Of a stretch of 64,000 nt of DNA, positions 50,188-63,714 are shown piece after piece. The DNA lies in NCBI GenBank assembly GCA_036785375.1, contig JAWMAR010000058.1:6324001-6388000 (forward strand). Direction: 5' to 3'. The translations under genes and the position numbers were made by a program. The first letter of the stretch is position 1. Each line of letters starts with the position of its first letter. Source of the DNA: Leucoraja ocellata (taxonomy: Eukaryota). Under the pieces are notes generated by a model. It saw only the letters and a program-made list of their open reading frames with translations, searched no databases and was not told the origin of the DNA.

Positions 50188-51200
50188 ACAAGAGTGTTTA
50201 ATGAATAATGAAATTCTTATTTGCAGCAGCATCACAGGTCTGTACATAAAATACACATAGATAATATATAACAAAAAAAAATTATTAACCACAATACTAG
50301 TGCAAAAAACCCAAAGTACTTTGTGCAACTAAAGAAAGTTCATAGTTCATAGTTGAGGTTAGTGTTGTGTAGTGAAGGGTCTGATGTTTGCTGGGAAGAA
50401 GCTATTTGTGAAACTGGTAGTCACAGTTTTAAGATGATGGTATTCATGATGGTAGGAGTGAAATGAGAGTGAGGTCAGGGTGATGTGGGTCTTTGATAAT
50501 ATTGGCTGCCTTTTTGAGGCAGTGACTCCATTATATCCTTTTAATGGTGGTGGTGTCAGTACCTGTGATGGACCGGACAGTGTTTACCACTTTCTCTGTT
50601 CTCTTTTGTACCTGAGTGTTTGAGATGCTAAGCCAGGCCATAATGCAATGTCAAAATGCTCTGACATACACCTGTAGAAGTTCAAGAGAGCATTAGTTGA
50701 CATACCAACTCACCACAATCTTCTGAGGATTAGAAGCATTGACGGATTTTCTTTATGCTTGCCTCGATGTACTGGGCCCAAGCATGTATCTCAAGGACAT
50801 GTATCTCAAGAACTTGAAGTTCACTCCACCGCCAACCCTTCGATGAAGATGGGTTCATGGATCCTCGATTTCCCCTTATAAAGACAATAATCAGCTCTTG
50901 CGTTGACAGCAAGATTGTTGTTCTGGCACCATTCAATCAGATTTCAATCTCCCTCCTATACTCTGATTTATCATTACCCATTATTCAGCAAACTATGATG
51001 GTATCATCGGTGAATTGAAAGATAGCGTTGGAGCTGTATCTGGCTACTCAGTCGTGGGTTTAGAGTGAGTTGACCAGAAAATTGAGCATACAACCTTGAG
51101 GTGCTGATGATTATCAAGGAGGAAGTACTGTTGCCAATTCATACTGTTTGTGGTCCGCCCATGATGAAGTGGAGAATTCAGTTGCATTGGGATGAGCAGG
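50188..51200 (-). mobile_element. Rex1-type LINE 3' portion, decayed
   Basis: Reverse strand FQFTDDTII (FADD remnant), NNLAVNARADYC and NFYRC. Confidence 0.8.
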
Positions 51201-51700
51201 GACCCAGTTCTGGAAGGCAGCTCCGGAACTGATTACAGCCTCTCAAAAGTGAACATTACGTACTTACACCAGCAGATAATGCTTGTTGGAGCATTTGGCC
51301 ACCTGTTCACTCATTCACTGGCAGCACTTAATCACAAAGGCTTTGAGGTAAGTGACTCTTGGCCCTCCAAGAATGTCTTTCCATAAAGACATGATGAACA
51401 GAGAGTCTATGGAGACTCGTTTGCAACAAATCCTCTCTGATGAGCTTTGTATTTACAGGCTATAGTAACAGAGATCTGTGACATTCTCATGCCTGAACTG
51501 GTCTTTCTGAAGATCATCGCAACTCACAATTTCATGTTCTTCAGCTCGTTCCATCGGCTGCTACTGATTACTGACATATTTTTCAGTTTGCTACACACCA
51601 CAGTATTAGGAACTGAGGAATGACTTTCCTTGCTATCATTTTAGTGAAGGGAATTTGGAATTTGAAAAATTAAATAAATCAATAACTGTAATACTAGTGT

Positions 51701-51907
51701 ACACAAAAAATGTGGAGAAACTCAGCGGGTGCAGCAGCATCTATGGAGCGAAAGAAATAGGCAACGTTTCGGGCCGAGACCCAAGAAGGGTTTCGGCCCA
51801 AAACGTTGTCTGTTTCCTTTGCTCCATAAATGCTGCTGCACCCGCTGAGTTTCTCCACCTTTTTTGTGTACCTTCGATTTTCCAGCATCTGCAGTTCCTT
51901 CTTAAAC
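51701..51907 (+). mobile_element. Penelope-derived foldback element with 16-bp TSD
   Basis: ACTGTAATACTAGTGT at 51685-51700 and 51908-51923; inverted arms of about 84 bp at 51699-51782 and 51788-51871; adjoins a Rex1 remnant (51910-52110). Confidence 0.9.
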
Positions 51908-54061
51908 ACTGTAATACTAGTGTCCGGGCAGAATCTACCAATCTCTGTAATCTTCCTGCCTGGCTTGAGTTTCCAAACCAGGCCGTGATGCAACCAGTGA
52001 GTACGTTGTCTCCTATAAATCTGTCGATGTTAGGGTATTTCCTGCATACTAAATATCCTCACTCTTCTAAGGAAACAGAGGTGTTGAAGAGCATTCTTTG
52101 TGTTTATTTGAATCTTCATGCGCAACATCAGAATGTTTCCTCATCGAGAACTGGAAAAGAGGGAGATACATGTTCAGATGGGCAATAATAGATTCCTTTG
52201 GAGGGCTGATACTTCTGAACAGTCCGCACAATCATTATCCCCACGTAAACTAAATGATCTCCACACTTGTTATCACCATACATGATTTGTTCTGTGAGCC
52301 TAAATGAAGGTGATTAAGGACCCTGAATAATTTGTTCATTGCCCTGTATTTGTAGGCAGCCTCATTTTGAGACAAAAACAATGTTAATAATTGGGTCGAT
52401 GTTGATTAAATGGGAATGGGGGTATAGATTCTCTGAATGTGTGTGTGAGAATGTGTCTGTATGAGAGAGCAGTATATATTTCATACAGCTCTCACCTTGC
52501 CATATCTTAAGAGGTCATTGAATTCCTTGTAAGTTTGCTTCATTGTTTGTTTCAGTGCATCAACAATATGCAATCCACTTACCACTTTCCAGGCAATAAT
52601 ATTTCAGATAAAATGAAGCCCCATTCACTAGTTCAGAGGGGGGGTTATAAGTCCCATGACATTGAAAATGAGTCCCTCTAGTGTCCTGATCTACACATAA
52701 CCCTGTGCAAAGTATTACAATCTAGTTCTATTTCATCTCAAGGATTCTTATGGGATCCTACTATGCGGACAAACTGCTGATATAATTGGCACCCATGAAC
52801 TTTGATATACTCCAAATGTGGAAATTATAGACGTTGTTGAGAAAGTTGTTTTTTTTTAATACTTATTTTGCTTGGCATTATAATGGCAGAGTAGATTATA
52901 AAAATGATTTATTGTGTTATGGAAGGGACGATGTTGGGTCATTAGAGATTTTTCAGGCTATCTCAATTTCTGCAGCAGCCAACTTAACCAAGTCACCGAG
53001 CTGCCAGATTGTTATTCTGCAATTTTCAAAAAAGCTTTAAAGAAAACCCGAGATAAATGGCATATCAGCAACAAAAAAAACATTATGCACCTTAGGCCCA
53101 GTAATGCATCTAGTTAATGAGCCTATTATTGCAGGAGCAGAAATCAATCCCTGAAATTATATTAATAGCAGTCAGGGAACAGGGTCTGTCTTTGCACTCA
53201 TCGGGAGAAGAATCATAACAAAATGGCTGCAAGCTTATGTTTTGGAATTATATTCGACGGGAGAATAAATGGTTCTTTCTAACTATTATTGCTTGGACTT
53301 GATAGAGGAGCAGCTTATTTTCTGTTGTATTTCCCAACCCTGAGCTTGATGGGTGAATTTCACTCCTGGCTATTTCTGTCTCAGTACAAGTGACTTGTGT
53401 AATGAGGTGCACACATTATACAAGTAGTAACTGCAGCTGCAAATTACAGCAGTGCACTCTTGTTTCCAGGTTATCTGAACCAGTATAGTTACATCTATTT
53501 TCTGAGGCTTTTCGCAAAACTACTGTCCACTCCAAGCTCTCTTAAGTGGCGAGAGGGAGGAAGGAAGTTCTTCACTATTTAAAAACTGCATCCCACTCTC
53601 TCTTCATGCTAAAACCTTTTTTTTTTCTTTTGTAATACCTCCCAAAGCGCAGCGTTGCCAACAGATGAACACTTTTTTCACACAACAGCTGTTCAGCTAA
53701 TCTATTAACAAACCTCTCGGTCCTAGGGCACAGTATGAAGATTATTTCTGAGTCAAACTTCCATTCCATGGTTTAATTGCATTCCTTTATCTTACCTTTT
53801 TAATGGTTTACTATTGTAAATCTTGTCAACACTATTGGTTCAGATTTTAAATAAACTAATGACCCATATTAAAAATATTCAAATAAATATTTTACAATGT
53901 GTGTTCTAGTATGGTAAGGTTGTGGTTTTGCAGTGGGTCTTCCAACTGATTGCTAGATGTGACTGAAACATAGCCCCAAACAGTTTGCAAGTTTGAAATG
54001 TTAGCAAATGCCTGTAGTCCTGCAGCAGCTGGCAAATCCATCCCGCTGGTCTTACAAATGT

Positions 54062-55160
54062 TTAGAGTCATAGAGCTATGTAGCATGGATACAGGCACAA
54101 CATCCCACCTTGTTCATGCCGAGCAAGTTGGAATTCTAGGCTAATCCCATTTGCCTGCATTTAGCTCATATCCCTCCAAACCCTTCTTATCCATATGTCT
54201 GTCCAAATGTCTTTTTTAAGTCATAATTATATCCACTTCTGTAGCTTCTTTTGGCAATTTATTCCAGTCACAGACTACCCTCTGAGTGAAAAGGTTGCCC
54301 CTGAGCTCCCTCTTAAATCTCTCTCCTTAAGCATATGCTCTCTAGTTTTGGCATCCTCTACCCAGGGAAAAAGACTGTATTCATTTTATCCATGCCCCTC
54401 CTGATCTTGTTCACTTCAATAATCTCACCGCACGGACTCCTATGCTCCAAAGAAAAAAGTTGCAGACTAACCAACCTTTACCTATAACTCAAGCCGCAAG
54501 CCCAGGAAACATTCTGGTAAATTCTGTACAGCTGCATTATGATGTGCAAGCTTTTCTACTCAGTACCCATGCCAGTGAAGGTAAGCGTGACAAACGGCGT
54601 CTTCACCAACCTATCCACCTGACTCGCCACTTTCAGGGATCCATGCACCCGTACTTCCAGATCTCTCTGTTCTGCAACACTCTCTAAGGCTCTACCAATT
54701 ACCATGCATGTCCTGCCCTGGTTTGACATACCAAAGTGCAATACCTCACACTTGTCAGAGTTAAATTTTATTTGCCATTCCTTGGCCCACCTTCCTAAAT
54801 GATCTAAATCTTGTTGTATATTTGGATACCCACCCTCATTGTCGACTATCCCACCAATTGTCACATCATCTGCGAATATACAAACGATGTTAACAACATT
54901 GGCATCCATATTGTAAGGTAGATAACACACAACAGTGGACCTAGCATCAACTCCTGCGGCTCTCCACTGTCACAGGCCTCCAATTATAAAAACAAGCCTC
55001 CATAACTAATTGATGACCACTTTCTCCAAGACAATTTTGAATCCAATTGGTGATTTCACCTTGGATTCCCTACAATCTAACCTTCCAGTTTAACTTACCA
55101 TGCGGGACTTGTGAAGGCCTTGCTCAAGTGCCTATAAACAACATCCTCTGCCCTGGCCTA
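54062..55160 (-). mobile_element. CR1 LINE 3' 1.1 kb
   Basis: ORF 54556..54930 IFADDVTIGGIV..QQDLDHLGRWAKEWQIKFNSDKCEVLHFG..QRDLEV. Confidence 0.92.
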
Positions 55161-56199
55161 ATAAATCGCTTGTTTGTGTGCATGGCCTGAGTATAAGTTG
55201 AACTTTGATAAGCTGGAGACAAACTGTACATCACCTACATTGCATGATCTCTATTTGTTCAGGCTGCATATCACCAACTCGAATTGGACTAATTTCTACA
55301 GGTGTAATCACATATCCAGCTCGAGGTGCCGTGCCTAATAAAACAGCCTACATTGAAATATTTTCTTCTGTAACTCATCAGCATTACCCTTTTACCACCT
55401 GGATGATAGTCCTTCAGACCCTGTAGTGGTTGTTTTCCCCCTATTTTCACTGCTCTAGTTTCTCCTTAAGGCCTCCCTCAAAGCTCCATCTGAGTAAGTT
55501 GCCTTTATTTCCCATATTTAATGAGATCCTCACAGATTAATGCAACCCACATTGATTCCTCCTCGTCAGATCTAAGTAGTTTCTTAATGCGATAAGTCTG
55601 CACTGACTGCTTGATAAATCAATATCTTCCAGAAAGCCAGTTCTGTGACAGAATGAGAGAGATAATAGTTTATGCAGTCTATGCTTTTGCTCAATTTAGA
55701 TGGACCTGCACCTGAGACTCCAACCCTTCAAAAAAAATCAAAATTATGGCGATAATGGATCTAATATGTAGCCAAGTCCCAATGAGATAAATGAAGAGTG
55801 ATATCGAATAGCAGCCTCTTTTCTGGTCACTTGCCAGTCAATGTCAGAGCTACCCTCGATCTCAGTAAAGCCACATTGATTACATTTGCACAGGCAATGC
55901 ATGAGTGAAGCAAATGGAAACAAAAGCAATTATATGAGAGCCAGAATGAGTAGAACAGAGAGAGAGATGAGTTAACAAACAGAAGGAATTATGGAATTAG
56001 TATTGGAGATAAAACAGAGGCTCAGGTTTTGTGTTTTATACGGCCAAACTTTGCTGGATTGAATTCTTGTCTTTGTTGTCTCCTCCTCGTTAAGTATTTT
56101 ATCCCTTATATAAAGGCTCCCTAATTCCATTCTTCTATATCCCACCACCCCAAGACCCCTTTCTCTTCAATGTAACCCAGCACTTTAGCTTTGTGGTTA

Positions 56200-56500
56200 C
56201 CTTGAACTGAGACCCAATGAATCCAGTTCCCCCACCCGGACGTTGCCAGAACATCTTCAATTCTCTTCACTTTCTCCAACTATTTTATTCTAATCATGTT
56301 TTTTGCAACAAACGTCTTGATTTTTACACAGTCTTCTTTCTTTTATAAATTTTGTGTGTAATATCTGTATCATTTATGTACAATTTGTATTTGTGTGTTT
56401 ATTCTGAGTCTATGTGCCAGTAATGCTGCTGTAAACAGAATTTACATTGTGCCCGTACTTCTCCGCACTTCTACATATGGCAATAACCCAACTTGATGAT
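56200..56500 (+). mobile_element. Rex1-like 3' UTR remnant
   Basis: atgctgctgtaaacagaatttacattgtgcc...atggcaataa. Confidence 0.5.
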
Positions 56501-57971
56501 CTAACGTGTAGCAATGGGAATCAAATGAGTCCATGCTATACTTGTCAAGTTGTGGGTAATATGGAATAATACACATATGTCTACATACTATACACCCTTT
56601 CCTGTGGCTTATTTTCTGGTAAATTAACGATAGGGTCGTGCTCTTGTGCAGAAATTGTTTGATCAATTTCCACCTACTACTTAATTTTTACTTGCCCATC
56701 TCGTTCCTTAGTTGTGATGAAAGGTCCTTCATTCTTCATTGTTGCTGCTTGATTTGCTGAAAATTTTGTTTTTTTGGTCTTAATTCAGAGTTCATTAGTT
56801 GAGGAGTAAGATATGTCAAATAATGCTTTTTTGAGATACTGTAGAAATGGAAGCTTCTCTGAGGTTTTATGTGGGCATGGACCTTATAGATAGATGAAAG
56901 ACTTTATAGAAAACAGGTATGGAAAGCAACTTGTCTCACTTATCATTGGTGGCCATTTCTTGAGCCTAAATTCTCTTTAAACCCTCTTAATTCCCTGATT
57001 CTCACTTGCAATAATTGAGGCACTCACTTGATGTTGCACTTTTTGTATATGTGAAATGTCTTAACTATTTGGGTGTCACTGGCCTTCTTAGCTGGCCTGA
57101 TGGGCTAAAACAGAAGGCGACACGAGAGTGTTATAACATACACAAAGTACATTATTCTATGTGCAGTGTAATGAATCTATAATTTAATGTTAAAACACCA
57201 GGCATAACTTTATAAATTGCAGAATAATTCAACGGTGCTTGATTTCTTACTGATTGAAAATGATTAATCTAATTGGGGATGCTGCTTTTCACAAAATTCA
57301 ACTTGCATTCAGCATGTTATGAATGATATGATTATTGCAATTAAATTGATTGAGAATGGACTCATCACCGACTTGCAATGAGATCACTGCAGCTTGTGTT
57401 AGACTATTTTTCATTGAAGCCCACAGCAGGCTCCAAATTAATATTTTGACTATGTTGCTCTCTGAAAAATGTATTGCATTTAATTCACAACTTGACCAAA
57501 TTATATAAAATTGTCATTTTTTTTATTTCGGGGACCCATTGACTAGCTAATTTCATGGATAATTCCTTCCTTATTGAGTGTTTGCTTGGAACCTATTGCC
57601 TGATTAATGTGCTATCTGAAATTATTTGTGCAGCAAAGCTGATAAAAGGTGGTTATCAGTCAGGTGACTGAAATGCGATTCAATGGGACAAATTGACTGT
57701 GAACAGTATTGATATTGGAAGTTCAAGGAAGGAAACTTGGACATATGCCAGCTTTCTGGAAAAAAAATAGTTAGCCATTCCACATTGTTTAGTCCGACTC
57801 TTTCCCCCAAATTATACATGGATATTAAATGGCATCAGGAGCGTTCAGAAGCTCGCCGTCCCAAGCTACACACCTACCTATTCCGTTAGGCATGTCCATT
57901 CTAATCTGTGGAAGAGTGTAAGGTCCCCAATTGCCTCATCACCTCAGAAAGCTGGAGAGGAACATCAATTC

Positions 57972-58098
57972 AGCGGACACCGCAAAGTGCGAGAGGAACT
58001 CAACGGGAGGGAATGGAGAGGCAACATTTCAGGTGTTGAGCCCCTCCAGGCACTTTGTGTTTAACACAAGATTCCAGCATGTACAGGTTCTTGTGTCA
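57972..58098. mobile_element. Penelope-derived foldback remnant
   Basis: caaagtgcgagaggaactcaacggg..ggcaacatttcagg versus ctccaggcactttgtgtt..ttccagcatgtacag. Confidence 0.55.
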
Positions 58099-59039
58099 CT
58101 GTTGATCCTGAGGGATTACCTGAGAAGAAAGATTTGATTCAGAATGAAAAATCCAAATAGCATGTTTGGAGCTGTTTGGTGGGTTTGAATCAGGATGTAA
58201 CGGTATTCTTTATTTATCAAGATTCACATTCACTATTTCCATTCAAAAACATTTCATCAGCTTTTATCTTTTGTATTTTCTGCATTGGTTTAATATAAAG
58301 AATGAAAACATCTATTTGTTCAGGTAGGAAATATTTTTAAAAAGTATCTATCTTAATATGTAAAATATTATCTTTGACAATATCAACGTGGCAACTGCAT
58401 TTACGCCCTGCTAGCCCCCCCACTTCTTTATGTCAAATAACTCTTTTGTCCTGCTGACGTTAAAGGCTAGGTTGTTGTTCTAACATCATGACCCCAGGTT
58501 CCCAATCTCATTCCTATTGTTGTTGAAGCGGCTGACAACAGTGATATAATTGGTGAACTTAACAAGCGGGTTGGCACACTACTTGGTCACACAGTCATGG
58601 ATGCTCAGGGAGAGGAGCAGGGAATGAACACACAAAAAGAGAAAATATTCTGACCAATTCTATCAGACTGAGGTTTGCCAATCAGGAAGACCAGAAGCGA
58701 TTTGCAGTAGAGATCCCAAGTCCAAGGTCGAGGAGTTTAGAAATTATACTCTTGTTACTATTTCATTTTGTAAAATGCATTTCTTTTTGTAACCTAATAT
58801 TGACCATGGCTGTGATCTATGACTGTATTCCAGCTTATTCGAATTTCCATCAAATATATAGAATGAAAGAGGTGGGATAGTTTTAATATTAAAGGACAAG
58901 CATGAGAAATAACTTTGGCTCAAAAGTGGCACATTGCATGGAGATAAAAACTAAAGCTATAGTCATCCTAACCGTGAGTATTATACAAAATAACAATAAA
59001 CTCACTTGAACTTGAACATCATAGCATCATATTCATAGA

Positions 59040-60030
59040 TTAATGCATGCTGGTGTTTAGAAAAGATTGGATTTTCTTGTACAAGAAATACTGAAACTAT
59101 GCAGTACAGCACATGTTTGGGAGATTAAGGAATATTGGTCTATATTTCAAGAGAAAGAGCAAAATGGTAAAGTCTTGTGATAGTGATGCAGGGTGTTAGT
59201 GAAACCATGCTGGACTGCAGCTTTGATCTAATTTGAGGAAGGTCTTATTTGTTTTGGAGGCAGTACACAAAAGGTTCTTCAGATTGATTCCAGGCATAAA
59301 AGGATAACTTTGTGAGGAAAAATCAAGTAGATGTAAGTTCAGAGGAATGAAAGTCAATGTTAATGAAACGTACAAGATTCTTGAGGGGGTGTTCCCCCGA
59401 GGAAGGCTCAACTCAAGGGCAGGATAACAAGGCGCCCATAGAAACCGCGAAGGAATTTATTCACTGCCTTCTTTGTGAATATTTGGAATTCTCAATTCTG
59501 AAGAAATGTGGCAGCTGGGTTTGAGTCAGGTGAGACAAGAGTGTTTGTCACATAACTGCCAACAGAACAATTACATTCTGACTCACAGCAACTCATGACA
59601 TAAAGATAAAATATATATTTTAAAAAATCCATAAATTAATACTAATCAGGGAAAATAGTACAAAAATAAGGTAGTCATAAGCGTGTAAAAAACAAGTTCC
59701 TTAGTGCAACCAAAGACACAGTCCATATAAGTTAAATGTTGGTACGGTTAGTGTGAGGTGTTCAAGTGCCTGATGGTTGTGTGGAAGAAGCTATTCTTGA
59801 ACCTGGTGATTATAGTTTTCAGGTTCCTGTACTTTTGTCCTGATGGAAGAAGCGAAATAAGAGCATGTCACCAGCAGGTCTTTGATTATTCAAAGTTGGG
59901 CTGCATAAAGGTTATGGTGAACAGGCATGAAAGCAGAGTTGAGACAAGATCAACCATGATCTTATTGAAAGGCAAAACTGGCTGCAGGAACCACGTGGTC
60001 ACCATCTGTTCCTATTTCTTATGTTCTTAT
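59040..60030 (+). mobile_element. Old CR1 3' part interrupted by a minus-strand Rex1 tail (about 59532-59872)
   Basis: LEAVHKRFFRLIPGIKG and ETYKILEG; the insert resembles 2106-2500. Confidence 0.65.
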
Positions 60031-60147
60031 TTTAATAAAAGCAGTGATATGAAATGTTTCCTCTTATAAATAAGGCAAGTCATACTAATTGTATGAATTA
60101 ATCAGGATAAGTAAAATTATTAGTGGATATCTTTTGGTTTTAATATT

Positions 60148-60705
60148 TAACAAGACCGAGGGTCCGTCCCCTCAACGAGTGGTTGCGGAGGGGAGGGGGG
60201 GGGGGGAGGCCTGCGGTGTCACACACACAATAACCACCCCCCTGCCACACACACACTAACCACCCCTCCCACACACACACACATTAACCACCCTCCTTGA
60301 TATTATATTAATATTATTAATTGGCTCCTTTTACCCCATCCCCGCCTTCGATGGGCAGAGAGAGGGGGGAGGGAGAGCAGGGGAGGGAGAGGGGGTGGAG
60401 AGTGGTGGGAGAGGGGGGGGAGGCGTGGAAGGGGAGAGAGGGGGAAGGGGGAGAGAGGGGGAGGTGAAGGGGGGGGAGATGGGAGTAGGGAGGAGAGGAG
60501 GGACAGAGAGGGGAATGGGGGAGGGAGGGGGAGAGTGGGAGTAGGGGTAGAGAGGATGGGGGAAGGGAGGTAGAGGAGTGGGAGAGGGGGTAGTGGGGTA
60601 ATGGAGGGGAGGAAGAGGGCGGACCTGAACTCGGCGAGTAGGCGGCGAGCCTCGGCAGTTCTCGGGACGTCGCGGGACCTCTGAAGCCCTCTGAGGCCCA
60701 ACTAA
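60148..60705. mobile_element. GC-rich repeat with internal (CA)n-containing tandem units and a polypurine tract; possibly a Helentron-associated (DINE-1/HINE-like) element
   Basis: Abrupt GC/CpG shift; three copies of cacacacac..taaccaccc; about 260 bp G/A tract. Family assignment is by architecture only. Confidence 0.35.
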
Positions 60706-63700
60706 ATTACTGCGTGTTCAGTGGCTTCAATCCAGCATGGTAACACTTTCATTAAAATCATCAAAACAAAGGCCATTTATTATTAATGTGAAAGATGTAT
60801 TGTCACATTTCGAATAGCGGTTTACATTTAAGCGGAAGGGGCCAAGCTTGTGAATGTTTGGGAATAAGTGCTCTGAGACTAATCTGAAAAAAAGTTGATC
60901 AGGTTAAACTCTAATAGTCAACGCTAACTACGCAGTGCAGGTGGTAAACTAGCAGGTTGAATGAGTAGTTTACTCAAATCCTTTTATGATTCCGTTTCCA
61001 GAGTCAAATTTAAGGCCTGCATATCTGTGAGATTAAGACATGGCTAGAATTGAGATTATCAAGTAATACCCAGCTGTTCACGCCTGGAGGTAGCATTCTT
61101 AATGGACTTGAAATGATTTTATGCACATAATTTTCCTCCGAGCCCTGATTAGGTGACCAGAAACCTGACAAATGGAATTCTGTTTGGAGGTATGTGAGCT
61201 AATGCATTTGAGTGGGGCAAGGAAGCCATGAGAATGCACGGGAAACGGTGGGTTATTGAGATGTATAAAGGAACAGATGGAACGGACTCTAGCCGGTGAG
61301 GTGCCAAAGCATACAAACCATAGGCTGTCAAATGGAATTAAGCTGTCGGCTCTTCAATGGCTCTCAAAGTCTGAGGGGCTGGATAACATACTCATAGATC
61401 ATTTTACTTGATTGCACAATGCACCATATTTTGCTCAAGAAATAATTCTGTTTTTATCTTCAGGGGTTTCATTCATATATGCTGAGGATTCTTTAAATAG
61501 TCTGCAAACGGACTATTGTTTCTTTTGCTGAGTAAATAGAAACCCATAAAATAGATCATGTCCCACTTACAACTCGTGAGCAAACGCATCAATGCCAATA
61601 GACAATTGGCTGCCGGTGTCTGCACTGCTAAATTCAATAACCCTATCCATAAATATGCCAAATCTGCAATCTATCACCAGAATAACAGAGCAGGATTTAA
61701 TATTCTCTTGTCAAGTATCATGTTATGGATGTCACATTCCCCGAATGTGACCTATGCAAGCACCATTATAAAAATAGCTGTACATTTTTCATTCTGCATG
61801 AGGTGGCCACTCACTATGTATGGTTGTGGTTTGGAACAAGCGTGAGCAAACAAGATGAGTCATTTCATCAGTCAACCTTTCATCTTATTTCATCAGGGTT
61901 CAATGGGCCATGTGGCTTCCTTCTGTGCTGTAGCAGTTCTGTGATTCCTTTGGGAGTTTATAAAGGGAACAACTGGGCAGAATTGCCTTTTGTAGTGGAG
62001 ATTCTGCAATTTCTGCCACAGTCTGAGTGAAGTGCCTTGACGTATTGCATGGAGGGTCACTGTGTGAACCATGTATCAGGGAACGAAGCGCACTGCAATC
62101 AAGCCTGCAATATAGATTTACCTCTTGCTGTAATTTGCTTGATGATGTTTTAAATCCAAGGCGACTAGGAATTGCTAATAAAGCAGTTCTTGCACATTCT
62201 TGCTATAAATAGTGATTTATAAATCACTGCTTAACTGCTAACCAATTGACAGCAACCTTTATATCTTTGAGAAAGTAATATTATTCAATAAATGTGTTGG
62301 CAGCCTGTACTTTAAATTAGATGTGCGCATTATTGTGAATGGAATGACTACGGAGCATTTCAGTCATATTATCCTTCATTAGGTTTTCCTCCCAATTATT
62401 AAATATGTACTGAAGCTGTAAAGTTTTTTTTTATAATCCATAAATTAGTTACTTTTGATTCTGTGCAACATTTCTAATCCAAAGTACCTTGCCAAAGGTA
62501 CTGTTACACTGAGAAATTGAGAAGTTGTGTAGGAAGCTAGGCCAAATTAACTGTACTACCCATGAAAAAATGCCTCTGATTTTGGAAAAGGATATGCATG
62601 GAATCACTGATTCTATCCTGACATTTAAAAGCACATTTAGATTAGGAATGGCAAAAGTCAAAATTAATCAACTCTGCACATTTGTTTGGGAAGTACAGAT
62701 ATCTGCCCTAGATCCTACAATTACATTAGAAAGTCACAAAATCATTGTATTAAATGCAATTGATTTTGTTGAGAAGCCTGATGTAGATCTTTGAAAAGTG
62801 CCACATGTAATCAAAATTCAATTAACAAGATTAGAGATTCAGATTTATCTTCTCTCTGCTAATCCCTGCACAGAATTGTGAATCAGTAGAATAGCCAAAC
62901 TCTATCCCACTGTACACAAAGTCAACTTTGAACAAAGTGTGATAAAGAATTAGATTAGCGGTTTAAGAATAAATGTTTGTGAAATTAAAGAACATACTCC
63001 AATGTAGTCTTAGTAATGAATGATTCATCAAGGAAATGCAAATAAACAGCACTAAATAAGTTAAATTGGAGCAGACTTTTTTCTATTTGTTTATGGGATG
63101 TTCTTGCAGGTGAGGACATTATTTAAAAACCCATTTCTAATCACCTTGAAACCGTAATACCAGCCACTGCCTTAAAACCAGCAGTCCCCCTGATGTTGGT
63201 TTGCCCACTATGGTTGGGTCTGGTTCAGTTGTATTTCTGGTTGGTGCTGAAGGACTAAAATATTGCTATACTATTAAAAGTCAGTGTTAGATACTCAGAC
63301 ATTCTCTCTTGTGCTACAGAAGTGTTGCTTGTCACATTGTAATCCCTGACTGAATGTCAGAAAAATCACAGAAAACCATGGATACAGAACGAGGCAATTT
63401 GCCATCATGTCCGTATCATGTGAGAAAGGATATTCCCAGCATAGTCCTATATTACAGCACTTGGTCCGCGGCTCTGGGCCGTTCCTCATGTATATATCAG
63501 GGTCTGTTGTAAATGTGATGACAGATTGGGCCACTACAAGTGTTTTAATCAGTAAGTTCCCAAATTCTACCACAGTGTGCATCAAAACAATTCTCCACAC
63601 TGATCCTTCTCCAAGTTACCTTCAATCTTGTGGTGCTTTGGTTGTTTGAGCTATTGATAGTACTGAGGAATCCACATGTAGTATACCTTGATCTTTCTAT

Positions 63701-63714
63701 TCACCATGTCTTCT

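Noticed and set aside
51655-52188. 177-aa ORF and overlapping antisense ORFs with similar peptides
   Set aside because: Artefact of the DNA palindrome plus an adjacent Rex1 remnant.
60303-60701. Proline/leucine-rich 132-aa ORF
   Set aside because: Translation of a low-complexity purine tract.
63095-63116. Recursive splice site candidates (CAG|GTGAGG here; also 9838, 45970, 58323)
   Set aside because: The pyrimidine tracts or donors are weak, and such matches are expected by chance in 64 kb.
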